A stretch of DNA of 64,000 bases from an uncultured Actinomyces sp. (GTDB lineage: Bacteria; Actinomycetota; Actinomycetes; Actinomycetales; Actinomycetaceae). Under the pieces are notes generated by a model. It saw nothing but the letters and a program-made list of their open reading frames with translations. It ran no database searches and was not told the DNA's origin. The translations under genes were made by a program, and so were the position numbers. Location: contig CAUTAH010000005.1 of assembly GCA_963536345.1 (NCBI GenBank), forward strand, positions 7,898-71,897, in the 5' to 3' direction. Shown here piece by piece: positions 1 through 9,356 of the stretch. Within the stretch, counting starts at the first letter, position 1; every line of letters begins with the position of its first letter.

Positions 1-68
1 CTTCCTTGGGGGAACTGCGGGCTGCCTTGGGGAGTCGGGTAGCCCGGGGTGGGAGAGAAATCAGACAT
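1..68 (-). CDS. 5' end of a Pro/Gln-rich protein, paralogue of the adjacent gene (runs off the window)
   Basis: Minus-strand ATG at 68 after GAGGAA. Reads MSDFSPTPGYPTPQGSPQFPQG, similar to MSDFQQNSGYPAPQGPPLIPQG of 80..1033. Confidence 0.7.
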   Translation of the reverse strand, partial: MSDFSPTPGYPTPQGSPQFPQG

Positions 69-79
69 GAGTTCCTCGT

Positions 80-1033
80 TCATTGGATCGGATTCGGGTC
101 AATCTCTGCCTTCACGTCATATGAATCATCTGCCTTCATATGAGTCGCGGTGCACTTCAATTGGAAGAGGCTTGAAGAGAAATCGGTAGCTTCCTTGTAC
201 TTACGTTCTGCATGAACTGTTCCAGTCAGCTCGTACACCTCATTACCATTACTTAATGTCGCGGTTTTCTTGAGGTCATCGAGTGACACTGCCATGATTT
301 TGTAATCGTCACGAATGGACTGAGAAGAAGCGTTTGAGCACTTTTCAAAGATGATCATCCATGTTTTCTCATCGATGTCATCAAACTTCCTAGTCGGTGT
401 CGGAGCCGGAGAAGAAGATTGTGAGGGATCGGTGAGCGGCGTAAGAGCCACATCTCCAACAACGTTGAAGGTGTCGCTTGCTTGAGCGTGAACAACGCTG
501 CAGACGATCTCAAAGCTGCTCTTTGAAGATGAACCTTTTGCGTAGCCGGTCAAGGTACCTGTGTACGTGTACTTCATGTCGCCGTTGCCGAATTTTCCGT
601 CAAAGCGCACAGACTTTGTTTTGATTTCGTTGATGGCGTCCACTTTCCCAGACTTGGTGGCTTCGCTCCAGCAAGCGCCGCGGCTCCCCGAAATGGTGTC
701 TTCGTCGATCCCATCGTCGACGGACTGTGAAGGATTCGGATTGGGGGTCGCAGATGAGAAGGATGAAGGATCAGGGGCAGTTGGACTTGGCGACGGTGAC
801 GCACCGCGGTTGGATGTGTGCCACAAGAAAAAGACAAGGACCAATGCAAGAACGGTCAAGGCCGCAATCCATGCGATGATCGGTCCCTTAGAAGTGGGGT
901 TCTTCGGAGGTTCGCCATACGGAGCTTGAGGAGCCTGATAAGGGGCTTGTGGCTGCGGGTACGCTCCGCCTTGAGGAATCAGAGGAGGCCCCTGGGGAGC
1001 TGGGTATCCGGAATTTTGTTGAAAATCAGACAT
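80..1033 (-). CDS. Single-pass membrane protein: Pro-rich N-terminus, two Cys-containing extracellular repeats
   Basis: GAGGAG RBS before ATG at 1033; PQ-rich N-terminus, TM IIAWIAALTVLALVLVFFLW, Ser/Pro linkers, internal duplication. Confidence 0.8.
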   Translation of the reverse strand: MSDFQQNSGYPAPQGPPLIPQGGAYPQPQAPYQAPQAPYGEPPKNPTSKGPIIAWIAALTVLALVLVFFLWHTSNRGASPSPSPTAPDPSSFSSATPNPNPSQSVDDGIDEDTISGSRGACWSEATKSGKVDAINEIKTKSVRFDGKFGNGDMKYTYTGTLTGYAKGSSSKSSFEIVCSVVHAQASDTFNVVGDVALTPLTDPSQSSSPAPTPTRKFDDIDEKTWMIIFEKCSNASSQSIRDDYKIMAVSLDDLKKTATLSNGNEVYELTGTVHAERKYKEATDFSSSLFQLKCTATHMKADDSYDVKAEIDPNPIQ

Positions 1034-1201
1034 AAGCTCCTCGCACATTTCCCTCGTTTAACGATTAAGTGCTCCAAGTCTACGTTCCAGCACGCCCCTG
1101 GGCGAAATCTCTTCCTTCCCATCCGCGCAACGGTACGCACAAACGCGGCGCCTCCATGGCCTCGTCGATAGAATAGGCCCAGCTCAACTTAGGGAGGACT
1201 C

Positions 1202-2905
1202 ATGACCGGGGAATCATTCTTCGCGCATCATTCACATGACGAAGCAGAGCAAGCCGCTCCCGCTTCGCATGAAGAGCAGCGTCCGGGGACAATTCCAGCT
1301 GACCTCATTCCCTACCTCGAAGAAGCCGACCGTGTTGACGAAGAGGAATTCGACAATGAGTCAGCCGATAGTGAGCCAGACGAACGCGATCTTGCCCTCG
1401 AAGCGCTGGCGCTGAACTCCATGCTCCTAGGTCCAGATCCTTCGATCCTCGCCGAACTTGAAGGCGACTACTCCCAGTGGGGAGAAGACTGGGAAGAAGA
1501 ACTTGCCGAGCGCCGCGCAGAAGACGCACACCGCGAAGCTCTGACGGATGCTGCCCACAGCGCGCGACTTGAAGCCCGCGTTGAGGAAATCTACCAAGAA
1601 ATCATCGCGAGGGTCCCTGAACATCAGGTTCAGCCGACCTTGGATCGTGTGAAAGAAACGCTCGATATCTTGGGAGATCCCCAAAATAGCTATCCCAGCG
1701 TGCACATCACCGGCACGAATGGCAAGACCTCAACAACGCGCATGATTGACGCACTTTTGGCAGCAAGCGGCGTGCGAACCGGACGATTCACCTCTCCGCA
1801 CCTCGTTGATGTCCGCGAGAGAATCACCATCGAACAAGAATCGATCTCTGCTGAAGAATTTGTGCGCACGTGGGACGATATTGCTCCCTACATCGAAATG
1901 GTTGACCGTGCTCACGCTGAAACAGATGGAACCCGTCTGTCATTCTTTGAAGTCTTCACTGTTATGGCTTTCGCTGCCTTTGCTGATCACCCCGTTGACG
2001 CTGCCGTCGTCGAAGTTGGAATGGGAGGTCGATGGGACGCGACGAACGTTATTGATGCTGGAGTCAGCGTCATCATGCCCATTGCGATCGACCATGAAAA
2101 GTGGCTCGGATCGACCATTCGTGAGATCGCAGAAGAAAAGGCAGGAATCATCAAGCCCGGTCAGATCGTGATCGTTGCCCGCCAAGAGGAAGAAGCCTTG
2201 CGGGTGATCGAAGAGCGTGCGGCCAGCGTCGATGCAATTGTTCGCCTTGAAGGTCGAGACTTTGAAGTCCTTGATCGTCAGCTTGGGGTCGGTGGGCAAA
2301 TGATTACCGTCCGTACCCCTGCAGCAGTCTATGAGGACGTTTTCGTTCCCCTATTTGGTAGCTACCAGGCGAATAATGCTGCAGCTGCGATCGCAGCCGT
2401 CGAGGCCTTCATGGGCGGGCGTGCGCTGGATGCTCGCCTTGTCGAGGCCGGGATGCTTGCCGCTACTTCACCGGGGCGCCTTCAAGTTGTGCGCCACTCG
2501 CCGACGATTATTGTGGACGCCGCGCACAATCCTGCCGGTGCACACACCCTGGGTGAATCCATTTCCGAGGCCTTCGACTTTGAACGCATTGTTGGCGTCT
2601 ATTCGGGGATGGGGGATAAGGATATCGAAGGAGTGCTCGGCGAGGTTGAGCCCTACCTGGACTCCCTTGTGGTTACACAGATGCCCGGAGTGCGCGCAAA
2701 GCCGGCCGAAGAAATTGCCGAAATTGCGCGCGATGTTTTCGGGGAAGACCGCGTGGAAGTCCACGAGGATATCCTCGAAGCAATTGCCGCTGCCGTTAAC
2801 CTTGGCGAGGCCGGGGATGAGAGTGCCCCCGCAACCGGCGTTGTCGTTTTTGGCTCAGTCCTCTTAGCTGGGGAAGTCCTGCGTCTCATGGGAATTCGCC
2901 CCTAG
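1202..2905 (+). CDS. folC: Folylpolyglutamate/dihydrofolate synthase with acidic N-terminal extension
   Basis: HITGTNGKTST, FTSPHL, VEVGMGGRWDATN, DAAHNP motifs; GGGAGG RBS. Confidence 0.95.
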   Translation: MTGESFFAHHSHDEAEQAAPASHEEQRPGTIPADLIPYLEEADRVDEEEFDNESADSEPDERDLALEALALNSMLLGPDPSILAELEGDYSQWGEDWEEELAERRAEDAHREALTDAAHSARLEARVEEIYQEIIARVPEHQVQPTLDRVKETLDILGDPQNSYPSVHITGTNGKTSTTRMIDALLAASGVRTGRFTSPHLVDVRERITIEQESISAEEFVRTWDDIAPYIEMVDRAHAETDGTRLSFFEVFTVMAFAAFADHPVDAAVVEVGMGGRWDATNVIDAGVSVIMPIAIDHEKWLGSTIREIAEEKAGIIKPGQIVIVARQEEEALRVIEERAASVDAIVRLEGRDFEVLDRQLGVGGQMITVRTPAAVYEDVFVPLFGSYQANNAAAAIAAVEAFMGGRALDARLVEAGMLAATSPGRLQVVRHSPTIIVDAAHNPAGAHTLGESISEAFDFERIVGVYSGMGDKDIEGVLGEVEPYLDSLVVTQMPGVRAKPAEEIAEIARDVFGEDRVEVHEDILEAIAAAVNLGEAGDESAPATGVVVFGSVLLAGEVLRLMGIRP

Positions 2906-2964
2906 TAATTTCACTGCGAGCATGGCATGATTTTGAGTAAATCCAGCTCAGGGGGTAGATAGGG

Positions 2965-3870
2965 TTGACTCACTCGCGCACAGAGCTTGCCGTGAGCTCA
3001 TCACCCTCTGTTCCTGTCGCCGTGATATCTGGTGGTGGCGGGGGACATGAACCCATGGATTCAGGTTTTCTTGGCCAAGGGATGCTCAGCGGCTGCGTGA
3101 CCGGAGAACACTTCACCGCACCTTCTGCACCGGACATTGCTCAGCTCATCACTCGAATAATTGAAGAGACACCTGCTGAAGAAGTTCTCGCGATCGTCAA
3201 GAACTACACCGGGGATGTGCTCAATTTTCAACTGGCAGTGGAGCTTCATGAAGACACGGGCGTTGCCTGTACGTTGGTATACGTTCATGACGATCTAGCA
3301 ACTCGCGGGGTTTCGCAAGGAGCGCGCGGGATTGCAGGCACACTCCTTTACGAGAAAATTCTTGGTGCCGGTGCCTCGCTTGCAATGACAAGCGAGGAGC
3401 TCGGCCAGGTTGCAGCCGAAATTGAACAGACGATCGTCAGCTATGGGATTTGTTTCCGTGCCCCTACAACGCCCGACGGAAAGCTCTCCTTCGATCTTGC
3501 CAAAGGGCATGCCGAAATGGGAGTTGGAATCCACGGAGAAAAGGGCGTTTCAACGCTTCCGTATTCGACGCGCTCCGAGGTCATTTTCCAAGCCGTTAAG
3601 GAAGTTTTTAGCCAACTTCCTCCAGGCAGCGAAGAAGTGATCGTTCTGGTGAATAACTTGGGGTCTGCCCCTGAGGAAGACCTGAAATATGCGTGCTCCG
3701 CAATAGAAGAATATGCACGTTGCATTGGCGAAACTATCGCTCGTATGAAGAGTGGGCGTTTTGTCACCAGTGACGATATGGACGGTCTGTCGCTGACCTT
3801 AATGCGCGCGCGTCCGGATATCCTTACCCTTTATGATGCTCCGACCCTTGCCCCCGCATGGAGTGAATGA
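2965..3870 (+). CDS. dhaK: Dihydroxyacetone kinase subunit DhaK (N-terminally short; start uncertain)
   Basis: SGGGGGHEP, KNYTGDVLNF, GVGIHGEKG, LVNNLG motifs. Confidence 0.85.
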   Translation: MTHSRTELAVSSSPSVPVAVISGGGGGHEPMDSGFLGQGMLSGCVTGEHFTAPSAPDIAQLITRIIEETPAEEVLAIVKNYTGDVLNFQLAVELHEDTGVACTLVYVHDDLATRGVSQGARGIAGTLLYEKILGAGASLAMTSEELGQVAAEIEQTIVSYGICFRAPTTPDGKLSFDLAKGHAEMGVGIHGEKGVSTLPYSTRSEVIFQAVKEVFSQLPPGSEEVIVLVNNLGSAPEEDLKYACSAIEEYARCIGETIARMKSGRFVTSDDMDGLSLTLMRARPDILTLYDAPTLAPAWSE

Positions 3871-3871
3871 A

Positions 3872-4513
3872 ATGAACACCATCAACACACAGTGGTTTAC
3901 CCAGTGGATGCGTCTGTGCGCAGCCTCCTTGCTTCGCGAAGAAGAACGCCTGACCGAACTTGACCGTCAAATCGGTGACGGTGACCACGGTACGAACATC
4001 ACACGTGGTTTTACCCAGGTTGAGAACGCCCTCGCAGATTCCGAGTGGAATTCACTGTGCGAAGGACTCACCTTGGTTGCGAAGACTCTGATGACTCATG
4101 TTGGGGGAGCCTCCGGGCCCCTATACGGCACTGGTTTTCTCAGAGGTGGCCGTGCCCTTGCGCAGAATTCAGATTGTCCGGACAGTGAGGCGATCGCAGT
4201 CTTGTATGAGGCTATTGCCGAAGGAATTTCACAGCGCGGTAATGCAAGTGCTGGCGATAAAACCATGCTCGACGCATGGCTTCCCGCGGCCCAAATCGCA
4301 CGAGAATTGGCCTCGCAAGGAAAAAACGTTAACGAGGTACTGCAAGCCGCTGCGCATGCCGCACAGCGTGGAGCTGCACTGACCGAGGGGATGAAGGCGC
4401 TCAAAGGACGTGCGTCTTATCTTGGAGAACGCTCGATCGGACACGTGGATCCGGGGGCTGTTTCTTCAGCAATCATCATCATGCAGGCAGCCCGCGCTGC
4501 CGCCGACGATTAG
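3872..4513 (+). CDS. dhaL: Dihydroxyacetone kinase ADP-binding subunit DhaL
   Basis: LDRQIGDGDHG, GGASGPLYG, GDKTMLD, GRASYLGERSIGHVDPGA. Confidence 0.95.
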   Translation: MNTINTQWFTQWMRLCAASLLREEERLTELDRQIGDGDHGTNITRGFTQVENALADSEWNSLCEGLTLVAKTLMTHVGGASGPLYGTGFLRGGRALAQNSDCPDSEAIAVLYEAIAEGISQRGNASAGDKTMLDAWLPAAQIARELASQGKNVNEVLQAAAHAAQRGAALTEGMKALKGRASYLGERSIGHVDPGAVSSAIIIMQAARAAADD

Positions 4514-4522
4514 GACATAACA

Positions 4523-5272
4523 ATGGCGTGTGTTGCATTCGTGATCATCTCGCACAGTCAGGAACTTGCTGAAGGCGTTGTTGAACTTGCCTCTCAAATG
4601 GCTCCCGACATCCATTTCGAGATTGCTGCGGGGGAGGATACTGGCGGTTTAGGCACGTCTATGAACAAGGTCGAAGATGCCCTTGATCGAGCGCTCGCAC
4701 GCGTTCATAAGCCCGGTAGCGACTCGTGTCGGCGCGGTGTGCTTCTTCTGACAGACTTGGGTTCTTCGACCATGGTCGCCCAGACCGTCCTTGAGCTACG
4801 CGGTAACCCGAACGATTGCATGTGCGTGACTGCCCCCTTGGTTGAAGGGACGGTTGCTGCTGCGGTCGCAGCCCACGGTGGTAGCGGGCTTGCCCAAGTC
4901 GCGGTTGCTGCCTGTCAAAGCGCCATTGACTTGGCGGAGCGCGCCCGCACTGAAATTGCGCAAATCACGAGTGTTGTTCTGGAGCCATCTTCTTCCCGAG
5001 TTTTTGAAATTACCTCGCAGCAGATTCTTGAAGAAGAAATGACAGTCAGTGACCCTGCTGGCCTGCATGCCCGTCCTGCCGCACTTCTTGTCCGAGCTCT
5101 TGCTCCAATGGATGCGCAGGTCTGGATCAATGATGTTGATGCCTCCTCTGTTTTAGAGCTCATGTCCTTGGGGGTTCGCCAGGGCCAGCACATCCATGTC
5201 CGCGCGCAGGGCCTCGAGCGCGAAGAAGCAATGCGATGCGTCCGGGAAATGCTCCAAGGACACGGAAGTTGA
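4523..5272 (+). CDS. dhaM: DhaM phosphoryl donor, EIIA(Man)-HPr fusion
   Basis: IISHS phospho-His, DLGSS, APLVEG; C-terminal HPr motif GLHARPA. Confidence 0.9.
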   Translation: MACVAFVIISHSQELAEGVVELASQMAPDIHFEIAAGEDTGGLGTSMNKVEDALDRALARVHKPGSDSCRRGVLLLTDLGSSTMVAQTVLELRGNPNDCMCVTAPLVEGTVAAAVAAHGGSGLAQVAVAACQSAIDLAERARTEIAQITSVVLEPSSSRVFEITSQQILEEEMTVSDPAGLHARPAALLVRALAPMDAQVWINDVDASSVLELMSLGVRQGQHIHVRAQGLEREEAMRCVREMLQGHGS

Positions 5273-5317
5273 TCGAAATTCTGCTGAATATCTTCAGGAA
5301 GCTTTAGGCTTAGATTC

Positions 5318-8300
5318 GTGCACCTTAAAACACTTTCACTGAGAGGATTCAAATCCTTCGCAAGTGCAACGACTCTACGCCTGGAACCCGGGATTACCTG
5401 TGTGGTTGGTCCGAATGGTTCTGGAAAATCCAATGTCGTCGACGCTTTAGCGTGGGTGATGGGTGAGCAAGGTGTAAAAACGCTTCGCGGCGCGAATATG
5501 GCCGACGTCATTTTTGCCGGAACCTCGGGCCGCGCACCTTTGGGCCGCGCACAGGTCGACTTAACCATCGACAACAGTGACGGCCTCCTTCCCATCGACT
5601 ACTCCGAAGTCACCATCAGTCGCACTCTTTTCCGAGGCGGTGGCAGCGAATACGCAATTAATGGAACTCCGGCCAGGCTCCTGGATATCCAAGAATTGCT
5701 TTCTGATACCGGTATGGGCCGTCAAATGCACGTCATTGTCGGGCAAGGGCAGCTCGACACGATCTTGTCGTCAACGCCGGAAGAACGCCGCGGTTTCATT
5801 GAAGAGGCTGCGGGGGTTCTCAAGCACCGCAGGCGAAAAGAACGCGCATTGAAAAAACTTGGGGATATGGATCAAAACTTGGTCCGGGTCCTCGACCTCA
5901 CCTCAGAAATCGAGCGTCAGCTGCGTCCTCTTGCGCGCCAAGCGAAGATTGCACGCCGAGCCTCGCTCATTCAAGCGCGTGTACGCGACGCAAAAGCGCG
6001 TCTTCTTGCCGATGATCTGGTGATTGCTCGAGATCGGCTTCAGCGCGGATCTGATGATGCTGACGTCCAGCATGAGCGCCTAGCACACCTGCAAGAAGAA
6101 GAAACACTCAGGAGCGCCGATATTCGACGCCTGGAAGAAGAGGAGCGCCTCCGACACCCGCAGGTCGCACAGGCAATGGAAGAATGGCAATCGCTCACTG
6201 CAATTGCCCAGCGTCTCGATGCCACCATGACGATTGCTCGTGAGCGTGTGTTGACCCATTCCCAACCAGAATTGGCCCCTCAAACCGAAGACCCCGCATC
6301 CTTGGATGAACGCGCGCAGGCCGCCAGCCACGAGGATGCACAGATTCTTCAACGAGTTCAAAGCGCCCAGAGTCGAGTCGACGAGGCTCTTCGTCTTCGC
6401 GGCGAAGCCGAACGCCTCGATGACGAGGCCCAGCGTGCCTTGGCACAAGCAAACCGACTTCTTGCCGACTATCGCGAGGCCAGTGCGCGCCTCAGTGCGG
6501 GGCTTGCCTCGGCATCGTCACGCTTTGATGCCGCCCAGGCGGAAGCAAAGCGCGCAAAGACCCAGGTAGACGCTGCCCGAGAGCGTGAGGCGAAGGCCGC
6601 TCAGGAGGCGCAAGCCTATTCGGAAGATCATCCCAGCAACGATTCACTCGCCTCGAAAGCACTCAACGCTGCACAAAAAACTCGAGAAGAAGCACGCGAG
6701 AAGGTCGATGCGCTGCTTGCACTTGAACGCGACGCTCGAGCTGAACGCGCACGTTGGGAAGCGCGCCGCGATGCACTCGCTCAAACTCTCACTCCCAGCG
6801 ACGGTACCGCCTCGTTTATGGAAGCCAAGGGATCGATGGGTGATCTGCCCAGTGGCGTCCATGTCGATGCCGGATATGAGAATGCAATTGCTCAGCTGCT
6901 TTTCCCCTTCTCGGACGCGCTGGTGATGGATACACACGAGCACGCGTGGGAGAACGTTCGCGATGCCGACGAGCGTGGCCAGGGACAGGTCCGTTTCCTC
7001 ATCGCAGAGTGCACGGCGACTAACCGCAAGCCGGCCCCACTTGAGGGAATTCCGGGCAAATGGGCCAGAGACGCCGTCACCTCGGAGCGTTTTTCTGCTC
7101 TCCTCGATGTGCTCCTTGACGGCGCGTGGGTGTCGCAGACCATTGAAGAAGCGCGAATTGCTATTGCCCGCCCAGAAATTGAGTGCGTAGCAACTGCGCG
7201 CGGGGACCTCGTGACGAATTCATCCGTGCTGGTAGCGGGGGAGGAGAGCGCTTCACCCCTTGCCTTGCGGGCACAGTACGAGGAAGCAGCGGCGGCGGCT
7301 GCGGAAGCATTAAAGCGGGAAAGTGATGCCCAAGAGCAACTGAGTGAAGCCAATGCTGCTCTGGACCAAGCTGTGCGTGGAGCAAATGACGCACTCAAGG
7401 CGCTTCGTGAAGAGGACGCGCGTCAAGCGAAGATCGCACAGGAGGCGGCTCGCGTTCACAGTGCTGCTCGTGCCGCTCATGCGGAAACAACGCGTGCCGA
7501 AGAGACCCTGAAACGCGCCGAAGAACAACTTGAACACGCGCGCATTGCCCACGAAAATGCGCAGGAACGTGCGCGAACCGGCGCACTTGAAGCTCCCGAT
7601 GTTGATCTCGAGGCCGCGACTCGGCTCGCCGAAGAACGCGCAGCTGCAGCGCGCGCGGCACGGGAAGAAGAGACGCACGCGCGCCTTGCTTTGCGTGCAG
7701 CAGAAGAAGAATCACGAGGCGCAGCCTCGCGCGCCCGTAATCTTCGACAGGCCGCTGCCCGTAGTCGCGAGGAAAGGATTGCCTACCAGCGCAGGGAAGA
7801 ACGCCGCAAGCGTGAACTCGCACGTGCTCAAAGCGTTCTAGAAGAGGCACAGCGGGGCTTCGAATACGCGCAAAGGGCAGTTGCCGCAGCAAAGGGACGC
7901 CGCGACGCCATCGAAGTGGCACGGCGTGAAGATTCGGAGAAACTCGCGGGAGTTCGCGCCCAACTCGATGCCGTTCGCGCTCAAGTTTCTGAGCTCACTC
8001 TTGCCTCCCAACAGGCTCAGATTCTGCGCGCGGAATTACGGATGCGTGTCGAGCAACTTGAGGCGCGTTCTTTGGAGGAAATCTCCATGGAAGCAGATGA
8101 CCTCATCGAACACTATGGCCCGCATAACCTAGTTCCCATCCTCACCGAGGACGCACTTAACCAGGTCAGCCCTAAGGACGTTGAATCGAATGAGGAAGGG
8201 CAGCCTGCCCAAGAAACAGAAGATTCTGTGCCTTCACGGCCCTATGTGCGCGAAGAACAGGTCAAGGTCCTTGACCAAGCCCTCAAAGAACTCGAGAAAC

Positions 8301-8893
8301 TGGGCCGTGTCAATCCTCTTGCTTTGGAAGAACATGCGGCTTTGGCTAAGCGGCACGAATTCCTCGTCGCCCAAGTACACGACCTCAAAAAATCTAAGGC
8401 AGATCTTCTCCATATCGTCGAAGATGTCGATCGCCTGGTTCAAGAAGCCTTCGAAGAAGCATGGGAGGACACAGCGAAGCACTTTGAACACACTTTCAAT
8501 GTTCTCTTCCCAGGTGGAGAGGGCCATCTTGTCTTGACTGATCCCGATTCGATGCTCGATACGGGGATCGAAATTGAGGCCCGACCTGCTGGCAAGAAAG
8601 TCAAACGCCTCTCACTCCTCTCTGGCGGCGAGCGTTCTCTTGCTGCCTTAGCTTTCCTTGTTGCGATCTTTAAGGCTCGCCCCTCTCCCTTCTATGTGAT
8701 GGACGAGGTTGAGGCAGCCCTAGATGACATTAATCTCTCGCGCCTGCTGGAGATCTTCAAAGAATTGCGCGCGACCTCGCAGCTGATTGTGATTACGCAC
8801 CAGAAGCGAACAATGGAAATCGCTGACGCTCTATACGGCGTCACCATGAGGGACGGTGTGACTCGCGTGGTCTCTCAACGCCTGAATGAATAG
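5318..8893 (+). CDS. smc: Chromosome segregation protein SMC
   Basis: GPNGSGKSN Walker A, long coiled coils, LSGGE signature, MDEVEAALD. Confidence 0.97.
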   Translation: MHLKTLSLRGFKSFASATTLRLEPGITCVVGPNGSGKSNVVDALAWVMGEQGVKTLRGANMADVIFAGTSGRAPLGRAQVDLTIDNSDGLLPIDYSEVTISRTLFRGGGSEYAINGTPARLLDIQELLSDTGMGRQMHVIVGQGQLDTILSSTPEERRGFIEEAAGVLKHRRRKERALKKLGDMDQNLVRVLDLTSEIERQLRPLARQAKIARRASLIQARVRDAKARLLADDLVIARDRLQRGSDDADVQHERLAHLQEEETLRSADIRRLEEEERLRHPQVAQAMEEWQSLTAIAQRLDATMTIARERVLTHSQPELAPQTEDPASLDERAQAASHEDAQILQRVQSAQSRVDEALRLRGEAERLDDEAQRALAQANRLLADYREASARLSAGLASASSRFDAAQAEAKRAKTQVDAAREREAKAAQEAQAYSEDHPSNDSLASKALNAAQKTREEAREKVDALLALERDARAERARWEARRDALAQTLTPSDGTASFMEAKGSMGDLPSGVHVDAGYENAIAQLLFPFSDALVMDTHEHAWENVRDADERGQGQVRFLIAECTATNRKPAPLEGIPGKWARDAVTSERFSALLDVLLDGAWVSQTIEEARIAIARPEIECVATARGDLVTNSSVLVAGEESASPLALRAQYEEAAAAAAEALKRESDAQEQLSEANAALDQAVRGANDALKALREEDARQAKIAQEAARVHSAARAAHAETTRAEETLKRAEEQLEHARIAHENAQERARTGALEAPDVDLEAATRLAEERAAAARAAREEETHARLALRAAEEESRGAASRARNLRQAAARSREERIAYQRREERRKRELARAQSVLEEAQRGFEYAQRAVAAAKGRRDAIEVARREDSEKLAGVRAQLDAVRAQVSELTLASQQAQILRAELRMRVEQLEARSLEEISMEADDLIEHYGPHNLVPILTEDALNQVSPKDVESNEEGQPAQETEDSVPSRPYVREEQVKVLDQALKELEKLGRVNPLALEEHAALAKRHEFLVAQVHDLKKSKADLLHIVEDVDRLVQEAFEEAWEDTAKHFEHTFNVLFPGGEGHLVLTDPDSMLDTGIEIEARPAGKKVKRLSLLSGGERSLAALAFLVAIFKARPSPFYVMDEVEAALDDINLSRLLEIFKELRATSQLIVITHQKRTMEIADALYGVTMRDGVTRVVSQRLNE

Positions 8894-8938
8894 GGCGTGC
8901 ACTTGGCATAGCTGCGTCACTGATGGGAAAGTTAAGAC

Positions 8939-9328
8939 ATGATTGAAGGAATTGCGGTCTACATCGTCACCATGATCGTCATGCTTGCTATTGCCGCAGC
9001 GGTCATCTTGGGCTTCGCCCTGCACAGGCGTAGTGCTGATCAATGGAAAGACCATTTGAAGAGTCAATCCAACCAAGAGATTCCGACCCAGATTCCCGAG
9101 ATCAGCGTCCGTGAAGAGAATATGAGAAACGTGCTTGATAGCTCTCGTAGTTCTCGCGGTTACATGGTTGCCGATGGCCTCCCTGGTTTTGAGGCTGTTG
9201 AAGCAATGACCGAACGTATTGAAGACATTGCAAGCCGTCGAGGCTCTCACGCGAAGTCTCGCCCTCGCCAGCAAGGAGAATCGCAAAGCGGTGCCTCCAG
9301 CGACGTTGCGCCGACAGAAAAAGCCTAA
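8939..9328 (+). CDS. Hypothetical membrane-anchored protein
   Basis: N-terminal hydrophobic helix; fills the smc-ftsY gap on the same strand. Confidence 0.65.
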   Translation: MIEGIAVYIVTMIVMLAIAAAVILGFALHRRSADQWKDHLKSQSNQEIPTQIPEISVREENMRNVLDSSRSSRGYMVADGLPGFEAVEAMTERIEDIASRRGSHAKSRPRQQGESQSGASSDVAPTEKA

Positions 9329-9356
9329 AAAGGAAGACCTGAGGAAAGATTGACCC

